64,000 bases of DNA from Candidatus Saccharimonadales bacterium (lineage in GTDB: Bacteria > Patescibacteriota > Saccharimonadia > Saccharimonadales > 2-12-FULL-41-12). Positions 27,682 through 36,874 of this stretch are shown piece after piece (position 1 is the stretch's first letter; every line of letters starts with the position of its first letter). Both the position numbers and the translations under genes were made by a program. The notes beneath the pieces are model-generated. The model ran no database searches. It had not been told where the DNA came from and worked only from the letters and a program-made list of their open reading frames with translations. The DNA lies in NCBI GenBank assembly GCA_036276755.1, contig DASUOG010000011.1:3125-67124 (forward strand). Reading direction: 5' to 3'.

Positions 27682-30681
27682 ATGGCAGATCCTAATAAGA
27701 AAATCCGCTTGAGGATAAAGAAACCTTCGGCCAAAACACGCAGTCATTACATCACAAAAAAAGGCAACAGAGTAAAACTCCACAGTAATTTCCAGAGTAG
27801 GTGGCAGGCTAAACGTGATGCCCGAGCCCGCAAACGGGCGGCGTATCTGGCTACCCTACCGAAAAACCGTTTCAAGCGTATCTTATACAGGATGCATCCT
27901 AAGCGGGCGGCTCAGTACTGGTTCAGTCGCGAAGGCGGCATCATGGCCCTTAAGCTGACCGGTGTCGGTATTCTGGCAGTATTTTTGCTTTTGGTCGGCG
28001 TATTCGCTTATTTCAGGAAGGACTTGCCGAATCTGCGTGATATATCCGGTAATAACATTGGCGGATCTATCAGGTATTACGACCGGACCGGCAAAGTCCT
28101 GCTCTGGGAAGATTATGATGCAGTAAAACGCAACCCGGTCCAAGATGACGACATATCGCAAAAGATAAAAGATGCCACTGTAGCCATAGAAGACAAGGAT
28201 TTCTTCAACCATAGCGGTTTTGATGTCAAAGGTATTGTAAGAGCCGGTGTCAACAATTATCTCGGAGACGGCGGCCAGCAAGGTGGTTCCACCATCACCC
28301 AGCAGTTGGTAAAGCTAACACAGAACTGGACCAAGGACCGCACCTACGCCCGGAAGATAAAAGAGTTGATACTGTCCGTCGAGCTGGAGCGTACTTATAG
28401 CAAGCAGGAAATCCTGACGGGTTATCTCAACACCGCTCCATACGGAGATATCCAGTATGGGGTGGAGGCGGCGATGCGCGACTATTTCCAGAAGAATGCC
28501 AAAGACATGACACTGGACGAGGCCGCGTTTTTGGCGGCTATCCCTAAGTCGCCATCCGTATATTCACCCTACGGAGCCAGATTCAATCGTCAGGAGCTGA
28601 TTGGCAGGCAGCATTACATTTTAGATCTGATGCAACAACAAGGCTATATTACGGCGAAGGAGCGCGACAAGTCTAAAAAAGTTAATACCCTGAAAAAAAT
28701 AAAGCCCCGGAAGCCCAAATATTCGAACATCAGAGCGCCATGGTTTGTCCTGACTGCCAAAGAAAGGTTGATCGAGGAACGCGGCGCCGAAACGGTCAAG
28801 CTGGGTGGTTTGAAAGTAACTACCACGCTTGATCTGAACAAACAAAAGGTAGCAGAAAAGGCGATTGCCGACGGCATGTACCGGGTACGTGCCCAGGGCG
28901 GTGATACGGCCGCGTTGGTATCCGAAGACGTAAAAACCGGACAAGTGGTGGCCCTTGTCGGCGGTCCGGACTTTCAAGACCCTGTGTTCGGACAGAATAA
29001 TTACGCTCGCTTGAAACTGCCGCCCGGCTCCAGCTTTAAACCATATGACTATATTTCGCTGATAGAAAATACCGATCAGTTCGGTGCCGGTTCGGTATTA
29101 TATGATGAATACGATTCCCTGCCGGGCTATCCCTGTACGGATAGAAGCCGCGACGGCAACTGTCTGCATAATTATGACTTCCGTACGCCCGGACCGCTGA
29201 CTCTGCGCTATGCATTGGGCGGCTCCCGGAACATCCCGGCAGTAAAAGCTATGCTTATCGCCGGTGTCGATAAAACCATTAAAACGGCGGGCAAACTGGG
29301 GCTGGAAGACACCGGCAACGAAAATATCAAAGGCAGCGGCTACCACTGTTATAGCGACGAGAAACTGACCAAGGAATCCCAATGTTACGCCTCGTCAGCC
29401 ATCGGTGACGGTGCCTACCTGAAGCTTGATGAGCATGTCCATGCCTTTAGCACCATATCGCGAAACGGCCGGCTGATACCGCAGACATACATACTCAAAA
29501 TCGAAGACGCCAGAGGCAAGGTGATCGACGAATGGAAACCGTCGGAAGGCAAACAAGCGGTACGACCGCAATCGGCATACATAGTAGCCGATATCTTAAG
29601 CGATCCCCGGGCAAGTTATATGGCTCGAAAAAGCCATGAATTCAACGGCTGGAAGTTTTCGATGAAGACCGGTACGACGAACGACTCCAAGGACGGCTGG
29701 ATGATGGGATTTTCAACACGCTATTCTACGGGAATCTGGGTCGGTTACCACAACCGGACAGTAGAAATGAGCGGGTTCATGGAAAGCATGACTCAACCTA
29801 TCTGGGTAGATTATATGTACAAAGTCCATGAGAATTTGGAACCTGAAGAAAGAGAAAAGCCCAAAGGTATCCAGGAGCTGCCGGCTTATGTGGTACGTAG
29901 CCATGTAGGTGCCAGCTCGATCGAACCGGGACCGTCGACCGATCTGTTCCCTTCTTGGTATAAGAAAGGCACGCGCAATAAAAACGCCACCATAGACAAG
30001 GTCTCAAACAAATTAGCGACCGATTGTACCCCACCGCTAGCCAGAATTACCGGCTATAACGCACAAGCCAATGAGTTTTCCGGTGACAAATTCCACGGCG
30101 GCGGAGGTGGTTATAGTACCAGCACGAACGAAAAGGATGACATACATAATTGCGAGGATGCCAAACCGATAGTAACTCTAAGCGCCCCGGGCAGTTGTAC
30201 CGATTCTTGTATCTTTACGGCGACTGTCAGGCAAGGCACGCATCCGATATCCAGCGCCGAGTTCCCCGGCACACTGAATTTTTATGTAGATGGTAACCAG
30301 GTCGCTTCCCGCCACATAGGCGCCAGCCCGGATAAGGAATCCTATAAATACAAGGTTGCGGTTTCCGGTAAGAAAACCGTGCGGGCACAGATAATCGACA
30401 GCGTGTTATATGACTCCAGCGATAGCCGGTCCGTGTCCTTCAGCAGTAACAATGAATCCGAAGATTTTGAGATTACCGGAGCATCAGCTGGCGGGGGCGA
30501 TGTCACCGCATCCTGGGATGGTGGCAGCGGAACGGTCAAAGTTTACCGGGAAGACAACGACCACTTAATATGTCAAGCGTCGGCTTCGGCTGGCGTATGT
30601 TCCGGTTCGTGGGGTCCGGGCGGAGAACCGGACGGGATTTATGCCAGAAGTGGCAGCGAAGAAGATGAATATGATTTCTAA
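27682..30681 (+). CDS. class A penicillin-binding protein (transglycosylase/transpeptidase) with a long C-terminal extension
   Basis: N-terminal TM segment. GT51 motifs (EDKDFFNHSGFD, GGSTITQQL). Transpeptidase motifs SSFKP, SRN and KTGTT. An extra C-terminal region of about 250 aa. Confidence 0.93.
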   Translation: MADPNKKIRLRIKKPSAKTRSHYITKKGNRVKLHSNFQSRWQAKRDARARKRAAYLATLPKNRFKRILYRMHPKRAAQYWFSREGGIMALKLTGVGILAVFLLLVGVFAYFRKDLPNLRDISGNNIGGSIRYYDRTGKVLLWEDYDAVKRNPVQDDDISQKIKDATVAIEDKDFFNHSGFDVKGIVRAGVNNYLGDGGQQGGSTITQQLVKLTQNWTKDRTYARKIKELILSVELERTYSKQEILTGYLNTAPYGDIQYGVEAAMRDYFQKNAKDMTLDEAAFLAAIPKSPSVYSPYGARFNRQELIGRQHYILDLMQQQGYITAKERDKSKKVNTLKKIKPRKPKYSNIRAPWFVLTAKERLIEERGAETVKLGGLKVTTTLDLNKQKVAEKAIADGMYRVRAQGGDTAALVSEDVKTGQVVALVGGPDFQDPVFGQNNYARLKLPPGSSFKPYDYISLIENTDQFGAGSVLYDEYDSLPGYPCTDRSRDGNCLHNYDFRTPGPLTLRYALGGSRNIPAVKAMLIAGVDKTIKTAGKLGLEDTGNENIKGSGYHCYSDEKLTKESQCYASSAIGDGAYLKLDEHVHAFSTISRNGRLIPQTYILKIEDARGKVIDEWKPSEGKQAVRPQSAYIVADILSDPRASYMARKSHEFNGWKFSMKTGTTNDSKDGWMMGFSTRYSTGIWVGYHNRTVEMSGFMESMTQPIWVDYMYKVHENLEPEEREKPKGIQELPAYVVRSHVGASSIEPGPSTDLFPSWYKKGTRNKNATIDKVSNKLATDCTPPLARITGYNAQANEFSGDKFHGGGGGYSTSTNEKDDIHNCEDAKPIVTLSAPGSCTDSCIFTATVRQGTHPISSAEFPGTLNFYVDGNQVASRHIGASPDKESYKYKVAVSGKKTVRAQIIDSVLYDSSDSRSVSFSSNNESEDFEITGASAGGGDVTASWDGGSGTVKVYREDNDHLICQASASAGVCSGSWGPGGEPDGIYARSGSEEDEYDF

Positions 30682-30686
30682 CCTTC

Positions 30687-31376
30687 TTAAATAACTTTCG
30701 CGAATATCATCTTACCGGACTCGGTCTGGTGATAACGGCTTATTTCGACATCGACAGTCTTGCCGATCAGCCGGTACGCGTTCTCAACCACGACCATGGT
30801 GCCGTCTTCCAGATAACCCACGCCTTGATTCCTGCCGCTTCCCTTTTGCACTATCTTAACTTTTTTCTTCTCGCCGGGCAGGATAAGCGGCCGCATGGTT
30901 AGCGCCAACTCGTTGATGTTAAGGACTTTGACACCTTCTACCGTAGCTACCTTGTTAAGGTTATAGTCGGTCGTGTAAAGGTCCGCTGACAGTTTCTTAG
31001 CCAGGCGGATAAGTTTGTCATCGGTAGCCTTCTCGTCGGGAAATTCCTGCCGGTCTATAGTAACCGTACAATGTTTATTTTCCTGCAGTCTGTTAGCCAC
31101 ATCCAGCCCGAAGCGGGCCCGTTCGCGTTTTTGCGAATCGCGGCCGTCGGCTAATAGCTGAAGTTCTTTCAGGATGAATTTCGGTATTACCAGCTCGCCA
31201 TGTACGAAACCAGCGTTCACCAGCTCGATTATCCGGCCGTCGATAAGGGCGCAACTATCAAGGATGAGTTTTTTGTTCTTGGCCATGCGTACGGCGCTCC
31301 CGGCCGTCCGTTTGTAGAACAATAAGGCTATGATGCCCAGTAGCAGTAATGTTTGGATTATATCTATTATTTCCAT
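30687..31376 (-). CDS. yacL: PIN and TRAM domain membrane protein (YacL-like)
   Basis: N-terminal TM segment, PIN core (LILDSCALIDGRI, TTDYNLNKVA) and C-terminal TRAM domain (GKTVDVEISRYHQTESGKMIFA). It occupies the conserved position after radA. Confidence 0.85.
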   Translation of the reverse strand: MEIIDIIQTLLLLGIIALLFYKRTAGSAVRMAKNKKLILDSCALIDGRIIELVNAGFVHGELVIPKFILKELQLLADGRDSQKRERARFGLDVANRLQENKHCTVTIDRQEFPDEKATDDKLIRLAKKLSADLYTTDYNLNKVATVEGVKVLNINELALTMRPLILPGEKKKVKIVQKGSGRNQGVGYLEDGTMVVVENAYRLIGKTVDVEISRYHQTESGKMIFAKVI

Positions 31377-31383
31377 GAGTTAC

Positions 31384-32733
31384 CTATTTCTTTAAGTATG
31401 TATTAAGTGCTTCTTTTATGTTTGTAACCGGCTTTAGGATCTTGTCGGCCTTTCCTGTCAGCTTTGGCCCTATCACCGTGTCGAATCCGAGCTTTTTGGC
31501 TTCGGCTATGCGCTTATCGCCAAAGTTAACCCGGCGGACTTCGCCGGAGAGGCCGACTTCGCCGAACACCACCGCATTCCCTTTGAGCTGCAAGCCTTTG
31601 GCGGCCGAACCGATAGCCATGCATATCGCAAGATCCGCCGCCGGTTCGCTGATTCTGATGCCGCCGACGATATTGATGTAGATGTCCTGATCGGCGAGGT
31701 TCAACTTGGTGCGTCTTTCCAGCATGGCTACCAGCAGATTGACGCGGTTAAGGTCTATTCCGCTGGCGGCACGCTTAGGATAACCGTATGACGTTTTGTT
31801 GACCAAGGCCTGGACTTCGACCAATACCGGCCGCATGCCCTCCATGGTCGCCAATACTACCGATCCGTCGCTTTCCTGTCGTTCGGCTAATAAGCTGGCC
31901 GACGGGTTTTCTACTTGAACCAAGCCTTCGTTTTTCATCTCGAATATGCCCGCCTCATTGGTAGAGCCGAAACGGTTTTTGACGCTTCTGAGCAGTTTGA
32001 ATCCGCCGTAGCGGTCACCCTCCAGATTCAGTACTACATCAACCACATGCTCCAGGATTTTCGGTCCGGCTATCGAACCTTCTTTCGTAACATGACCGAC
32101 CAGAACAACCGCCGTATTCGCTCGTTTAGCTGCGTTCATTATCAGATGCGTGCTGTTGGTAATCTGGCTCACACTGCCGGCTGACGATGCCACGGCACCG
32201 ACCGTCATGGTCTGGATAGAATCAACGAACACGACGTCATAATCTTTCGAAGAAATGGTAACCGCGATGTCATCGGCGCTGGTAGATGTAGCCAAAGCCA
32301 GTTTGGAATTATCAACACCCAATCTATTGGCCCGTAAAGCTATCTGGTGCGCCGATTCCTCGCCGCTGACATATAAGACAGAGTTGTTTTTGGCAATGTT
32401 AGCAGCCGCTTGGAGTAACAAGGTGCTTTTACCGATTCCCGGCTGACCGGCGGTTAAGCAGATGCCACCTCGGACAAAGCCGCCGCCCAAGACATTATCG
32501 AAGTCTTTGATCCCGCTGGAAATCCGGCTCGAGGTTTCTTTTGATTTGGCATTTTTGGCTTCAATTGTTTTAAGAACATCCCCGGAACCAGCAGAGCCGC
32601 CGACGCTGACCAGCCCCGGTTCTTCCTGGATGGTGTTCCATTCACCGCACACGCTGCATCTCCCTGCCCATGCCGAATGCTGTGCGCCGCAGTTACTGCA
32701 GACGAACCTGGACGTTTGTTTTTTGGCTGCCAT
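31384..32733 (-). CDS. radA: DNA repair protein RadA/Sms
   Basis: Zn finger (CSNCGAQHSAWAGRCSVCGEW), Walker A (GQPGIGKST), the KNRFG motif and a Lon-like C-terminal domain. Confidence 0.96.
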   Translation of the reverse strand: MAAKKQTSRFVCSNCGAQHSAWAGRCSVCGEWNTIQEEPGLVSVGGSAGSGDVLKTIEAKNAKSKETSSRISSGIKDFDNVLGGGFVRGGICLTAGQPGIGKSTLLLQAAANIAKNNSVLYVSGEESAHQIALRANRLGVDNSKLALATSTSADDIAVTISSKDYDVVFVDSIQTMTVGAVASSAGSVSQITNSTHLIMNAAKRANTAVVLVGHVTKEGSIAGPKILEHVVDVVLNLEGDRYGGFKLLRSVKNRFGSTNEAGIFEMKNEGLVQVENPSASLLAERQESDGSVVLATMEGMRPVLVEVQALVNKTSYGYPKRAASGIDLNRVNLLVAMLERRTKLNLADQDIYINIVGGIRISEPAADLAICMAIGSAAKGLQLKGNAVVFGEVGLSGEVRRVNFGDKRIAEAKKLGFDTVIGPKLTGKADKILKPVTNIKEALNTYLKK

Positions 32734-32759
32734 TACAGTCTAGTGTAACATTGACCGAA

Positions 32760-33227
32760 TTATTCCGACGGGGGATTCTCGGGAGGATTTGTTTCTACTT
32801 CGCTAAGCACCCCCCGTACATAATCCTCGCTTGCCTCGCCTATGCGCGGTATCATACCCAAAGTGCCCTCCCTGACCGCTTTATAAAGGCCATTGTAAGA
32901 CAGGGTAGCGCCATCGATGGCAATATTGTATGGGAACTGCTCAAGGTCATCGGTTGGCTCCCGGAAAGTCCAGGCATTTTTAATCAGAGAATTCCAAGTC
33001 ATGGTAGCCACGCGACTTGACACGTCAGGATTACTTTCTGCATAGCCCTTAAAATAATCTTCATCTATCGGTATATCCGTGTCGTCCTCGGCTTTTACGT
33101 TAATCCCCATCGCCCTCCATATCCTGACCATCCGGTTCAACTGTGATAAACCCGCCTTGGACAAACCCTCACCGGAAAGAATCAGACGCGACGGTACACT
33201 CTCAAATCCATCTTTAAGATTGGCCAT
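32760..33227 (-). CDS. hypothetical 155-aa protein
   Basis: TATAAT lies 9 nt upstream of the ATG. No recognisable domain. Confidence 0.7.
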   Translation of the reverse strand: MANLKDGFESVPSRLILSGEGLSKAGLSQLNRMVRIWRAMGINVKAEDDTDIPIDEDYFKGYAESNPDVSSRVATMTWNSLIKNAWTFREPTDDLEQFPYNIAIDGATLSYNGLYKAVREGTLGMIPRIGEASEDYVRGVLSEVETNPPENPPSE

Positions 33228-33267
33228 AAGGTTACTATTATACTGTTATTTTGACGGATAAGCAATA

Positions 33268-34239
33268 CTATCTGATTGCCTTTTCATTGATACTATTGCT
33301 GTCCATAGCCTGGTAGAGTTCCTGCTGCTGGATGACCAGCTCGTTGCGTTCCTTGATAAGTTCATTGTAACGGTTTATCAGCTGTTTGGTCTCATTGACC
33401 AGAACATTATATTCGTCGATGGCATTGTTATAAGGGGAAACCTGACTGTTATATTCTTCTATCCGATCCTCCGCCAAAAGCCGGTTCAGTTCTTGCTGAC
33501 GCTCATTTATCTCTGTATTTTTAGCATCTAAAACGGCTTCGTTAGAGGTTATAGTCTGTTTTAAATCCGCTAATTGCCGTTCGTAAGCCTTAGCCTTGTT
33601 CCCGATATCGATGAATGTCTGCTCATAGTCTTCGGAGTAATCCACTATCTTGCTACGGTCATTGAAATATTTCTTGTAATGATTTTCAAGTTCAGGGTTC
33701 AGATTACGAACTTCCGTACCGAGAATAGAGTGTAATTCGGTCGGCACTACGCCGGGGTCCATGGCGCGATAGTTCTCAATAGTTTTCTTGATCCGCTCAT
33801 TATCCAGGGTTCTGAAGAAGTCGGCCGTCATCTTATCGACTTCCCGTCTCTCCTTGCTGCCGAGCCGTTCATACATGGCATGAAGGACTTCATGCGCCGC
33901 CGTAACTTCGACGACTCCGCTTAATCTTGGATCAGTTACATCAAGCAGATAGATCCCGTCTCCGTTTATGAAGCACCCGAGTACTATGGTCTGCTCCTGG
34001 GCCTTACAATGAGTATTAAACTCCTGTTTCCCATCAAGCTCCGGGTGATTGACATAAAAGACCCGGCGGGCGGTGTCCTTCATGGTCGTGTCATCGGCAA
34101 GTCCGGCTATGCGCGCACTCGGTTCATAACCCCGCAGATGCAACCAATCATAAATAGCCTGAGCGTTGGTAAAACCAAAGACGGCGACAGCCAGAAGCAA
34201 CACAACTATCAGCCAGCTTATCGTATTTTTTATGCGCAT
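33268..34239 (-). CDS. membrane-anchored HEXXH protein with a C-terminal coiled coil (putative metallopeptidase)
   Basis: N-terminal TM segment (ISWLIVVLLLAVAVFGF), the motif VTAAHEVLHAMYE, and a C-terminal heptad-rich region of about 120 aa. Confidence 0.75.
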   Translation of the reverse strand: MRIKNTISWLIVVLLLAVAVFGFTNAQAIYDWLHLRGYEPSARIAGLADDTTMKDTARRVFYVNHPELDGKQEFNTHCKAQEQTIVLGCFINGDGIYLLDVTDPRLSGVVEVTAAHEVLHAMYERLGSKERREVDKMTADFFRTLDNERIKKTIENYRAMDPGVVPTELHSILGTEVRNLNPELENHYKKYFNDRSKIVDYSEDYEQTFIDIGNKAKAYERQLADLKQTITSNEAVLDAKNTEINERQQELNRLLAEDRIEEYNSQVSPYNNAIDEYNVLVNETKQLINRYNELIKERNELVIQQQELYQAMDSNSINEKAIR

Positions 34240-34273
34240 AAATACAGCACCCAGTATAAAACAGGCGGGGAAG

Positions 34274-36754
34274 TTAGGCTACGGCGGCGGCTTCTTTTTT
34301 GCCGGAGAAGAAAATCTTGCCTTTTTTTACACCGATATTTATGACCGTGCCTTTGCCGTATCTGCCGGACAATAGTCCGTCTGAAATCTCATCTTCCACG
34401 GTATCTTGCAGGAGCCGGCGCATTGGACGCACGCCGTTCTGCGGATCATAACCTTTCTCGACCAGTAGCTTCTTGGCGGACTCACTGAGCCTGACGGCGA
34501 GACCCTGGCGTACCAACCGATCGTTAAGCTCCTTAAGCTGGAGATCCAGTATCCTGGCGACTTCGGGCTTGGTGAGCGCTCTAAAAACGATTGTCTTATC
34601 TATCCTGTTTAGAAGTTCCGGCCGCATGGTTTTTTTCAAACTTTCCATCACGTTTTCCTTGTTCGATTCATGGAGTTCTACGAGATCCTCTATATCTTTT
34701 CTGGATTCTACTCTAAAGCCGAATTGCGATTCCTTCTGCAGCTTTTCGGCGCCTATATTGCTGGTCATTATCACTATGGTGTTCGAAAAATCAATTTCCC
34801 GGCCTTTGCCGTCAGTCAACCGTCCGTCTTCCAATATTTGCAGCATCATATTGAAAACGTCGGGATGAGCCTTCTCAATCTCATCGAACAGTACCAAGCT
34901 GTACGGCTGGCGGCGAATTTTATCAGTCAATTGTCCGCCGTCGTCATATCCTACATAGCCGGCAGGCGCCCCCATCAGGCGGGAAACATTGTGGTGCTCA
35001 CCGAATTCACTCATGTCTATCTTTATCAGAGCGTTTTCACTGCCGAAGAATTCCCGAGCTAAAACTCTAGCGAGTTCAGTCTTACCGACGCCGGTAGGAC
35101 CCAGGAAGATGAACGAGCCGATAGGCCGTTTATCGTCGGTAACTCCGCTTCGGCTGCGGCGTACTGCCGAAGATACCGCTGCAATAGCTTCTTGCTGACC
35201 GATGATGTATTTGCTTAACGTTTTCTCCAGATTCAATAAATAGCGGGCCTCACTCCTGATTACCTTCGACACCGGCACACCGGTAATCCGGGCAACCACC
35301 TCCGCTACATCATCACTGGTAAGTTTGATGATTTTCCCATCATTATATTTGGATTGCAGCTTGATGATTTCTTCGCTCAGCCGGGAAGCCTTGGTCTTCA
35401 GATTGGCCGCGGTCTCATAATCCTCAGCGGTGGCGGCATCTTCTATCCTGACCTGCAATAAGCGAAGTTCCTTTTGGGCCTTGCGTAATTCAGGCGGCGT
35501 CTTGCCTTTGCCGACACGTACATATGCCGAAGCTTCATCTATAAGGTCGATAGCCTTGTCCGGCATGAACCGGTCGTTGATGTATCTTTTGGCAAACCGT
35601 ACCGTGTCTTCGATTACCTCGTCGCTGATTTTTACATTATGAAACGATTCATAATGCTTCCTCAGACCGCGCAATATACCGACGGTCTCGGTGTCGGTAG
35701 CTTCGGGGACTATAACCGGCTGGAAACGCCTTTCTAAAGCCGCGTCTTTTTCTACGTGTCTGGTGTATTCGGCTATGGTGGTAGCGCCGATAAGCTGTAT
35801 CTTGCCTCTGGCCAATGCCGGTTTGAGCATATTGCCGGCATCCATAGCGCCTTCTGCTGCACCGGCGCCGACTATCAGGTGTATCTCGTCGACAAATACG
35901 ATTGTTTTCTTATCCTGTTCCAGCTCGGTCATGACTTTTTTCAGCCTGTCTTCAAATTCACCGCGATACTTGGTACCGGCAATCATGCTGGCCAGGTCAA
36001 GCATTATCAAACGTTTGCCGATGAGGCTGTCCGGGACATCCTCCGCAATGATACGGGCCGCGAGTCCTTCCACTATAGCGGTCTTCCCTACTCCGGGTTC
36101 ACCGATGAGTACGGGATTATTCTTGGTACGCCGGCTTAATATTGTTATGACTCGTGCCAGCTGGGCATCCCGTCCGATTACCGGATCAAGCCCGCCCTGG
36201 CGAGCCTTGGCGGTAAGATCGGTCCCAAAAAAGTCCAGGGCGGTTTTGCGGCCTTTTTTCTGTTTGCGTGCCGCGCTCAGATGGCTGCTGTTACCCTGCT
36301 GACGATTTAGAAACTGTTCCAGTTCGCCGAGCAAAGGCTCTACGGCTACGCCCATGGAACGCAGCATTTCACTGGCACGGGCGTTCTTTTGGCTTAAGAT
36401 GCTAAACAGTATATGTTCGGTACCGCAGTTTTCCTGGTTGTAATCCTGTGCAATCTCATAAGCCATGTTCAACGTGAGTTTTGCAACCTCGCTCAGCCCC
36501 TTGGAAACAACCGATCCGAGGGGTGCCGGATTCACGTTCAGGGCCAGCTTGGCCTTCTGCAAGGTAACGCCGGCATTATCCAGCATCTTCGCACCTATGG
36601 AGGCTTCCTGCGCTAAAACGCCGAGCAATAAGTGCTCGGTACCGACATAAGGACTACCGGTACTTCTGGCAATACCGTCCGCATTACGTAGACTGGCTAA
36701 TGCGTTCTCGGTCAGATGATTCAAAAAATCTTGGAAATCTGCTGATGGAGGCAT
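34274..36754 (-). CDS. clpC: ATP-dependent Clp protease ATP-binding subunit ClpC
   Basis: Clp_N repeats and two AAA+ modules (GEPGVGKT, GPTGVGKT). I placed the start at MPPSADF (ATG 36754), 6 nt after a TATAAT box. The track TTG start at 36781 lies inside the CIRCE element. Confidence 0.95.
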   Translation of the reverse strand: MPPSADFQDFLNHLTENALASLRNADGIARSTGSPYVGTEHLLLGVLAQEASIGAKMLDNAGVTLQKAKLALNVNPAPLGSVVSKGLSEVAKLTLNMAYEIAQDYNQENCGTEHILFSILSQKNARASEMLRSMGVAVEPLLGELEQFLNRQQGNSSHLSAARKQKKGRKTALDFFGTDLTAKARQGGLDPVIGRDAQLARVITILSRRTKNNPVLIGEPGVGKTAIVEGLAARIIAEDVPDSLIGKRLIMLDLASMIAGTKYRGEFEDRLKKVMTELEQDKKTIVFVDEIHLIVGAGAAEGAMDAGNMLKPALARGKIQLIGATTIAEYTRHVEKDAALERRFQPVIVPEATDTETVGILRGLRKHYESFHNVKISDEVIEDTVRFAKRYINDRFMPDKAIDLIDEASAYVRVGKGKTPPELRKAQKELRLLQVRIEDAATAEDYETAANLKTKASRLSEEIIKLQSKYNDGKIIKLTSDDVAEVVARITGVPVSKVIRSEARYLLNLEKTLSKYIIGQQEAIAAVSSAVRRSRSGVTDDKRPIGSFIFLGPTGVGKTELARVLAREFFGSENALIKIDMSEFGEHHNVSRLMGAPAGYVGYDDGGQLTDKIRRQPYSLVLFDEIEKAHPDVFNMMLQILEDGRLTDGKGREIDFSNTIVIMTSNIGAEKLQKESQFGFRVESRKDIEDLVELHESNKENVMESLKKTMRPELLNRIDKTIVFRALTKPEVARILDLQLKELNDRLVRQGLAVRLSESAKKLLVEKGYDPQNGVRPMRRLLQDTVEDEISDGLLSGRYGKGTVINIGVKKGKIFFSGKKEAAAVA

Positions 36755-36770
36755 GCCCCTATTATACCAA

Positions 36771-36797
36771 TTAGCACTCAATATGCAAGAGTGCCAA
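36771..36797 (-). promoter_or_regulatory. CIRCE-like inverted repeat (HrcA operator) overlapping the clpC promoter
   Basis: The plus strand reads TTAGCACTC-aatatgcaa-GAGTGCCAA. The minus-strand spacer contains the -35 element TTGCAT, followed by 16 nt and then TATAAT at 36766..36761. Confidence 0.8.
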
Positions 36798-36838
36798 AAT
36801 TGTACTGTTTATCCCTGTTGACGCTTCGCTCGTGTCTA

Positions 36839-36863
36839 CGAAACAGTCCCCGGGACTGTTTCG
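36839..36863 (-). terminator. perfect 25-nt palindrome downstream of nusA (hairpin without a U-tract)
   Basis: CGAAACAGTCCC-C-GGGACTGTTTCG, 12 nt after the nusA stop. Neither strand has a flanking T-run, so its function as a terminator is uncertain. Confidence 0.45.
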
Positions 36864-36874
36864 GATCAAGAGTG

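Noticed and set aside
36755-36781. The TTG start of clpC at 36781 from the ORF track.
   Set aside because: That start codon lies inside the CIRCE operator and upstream of the TATAAT box. The ClpC homology begins after the ATG at 36754.
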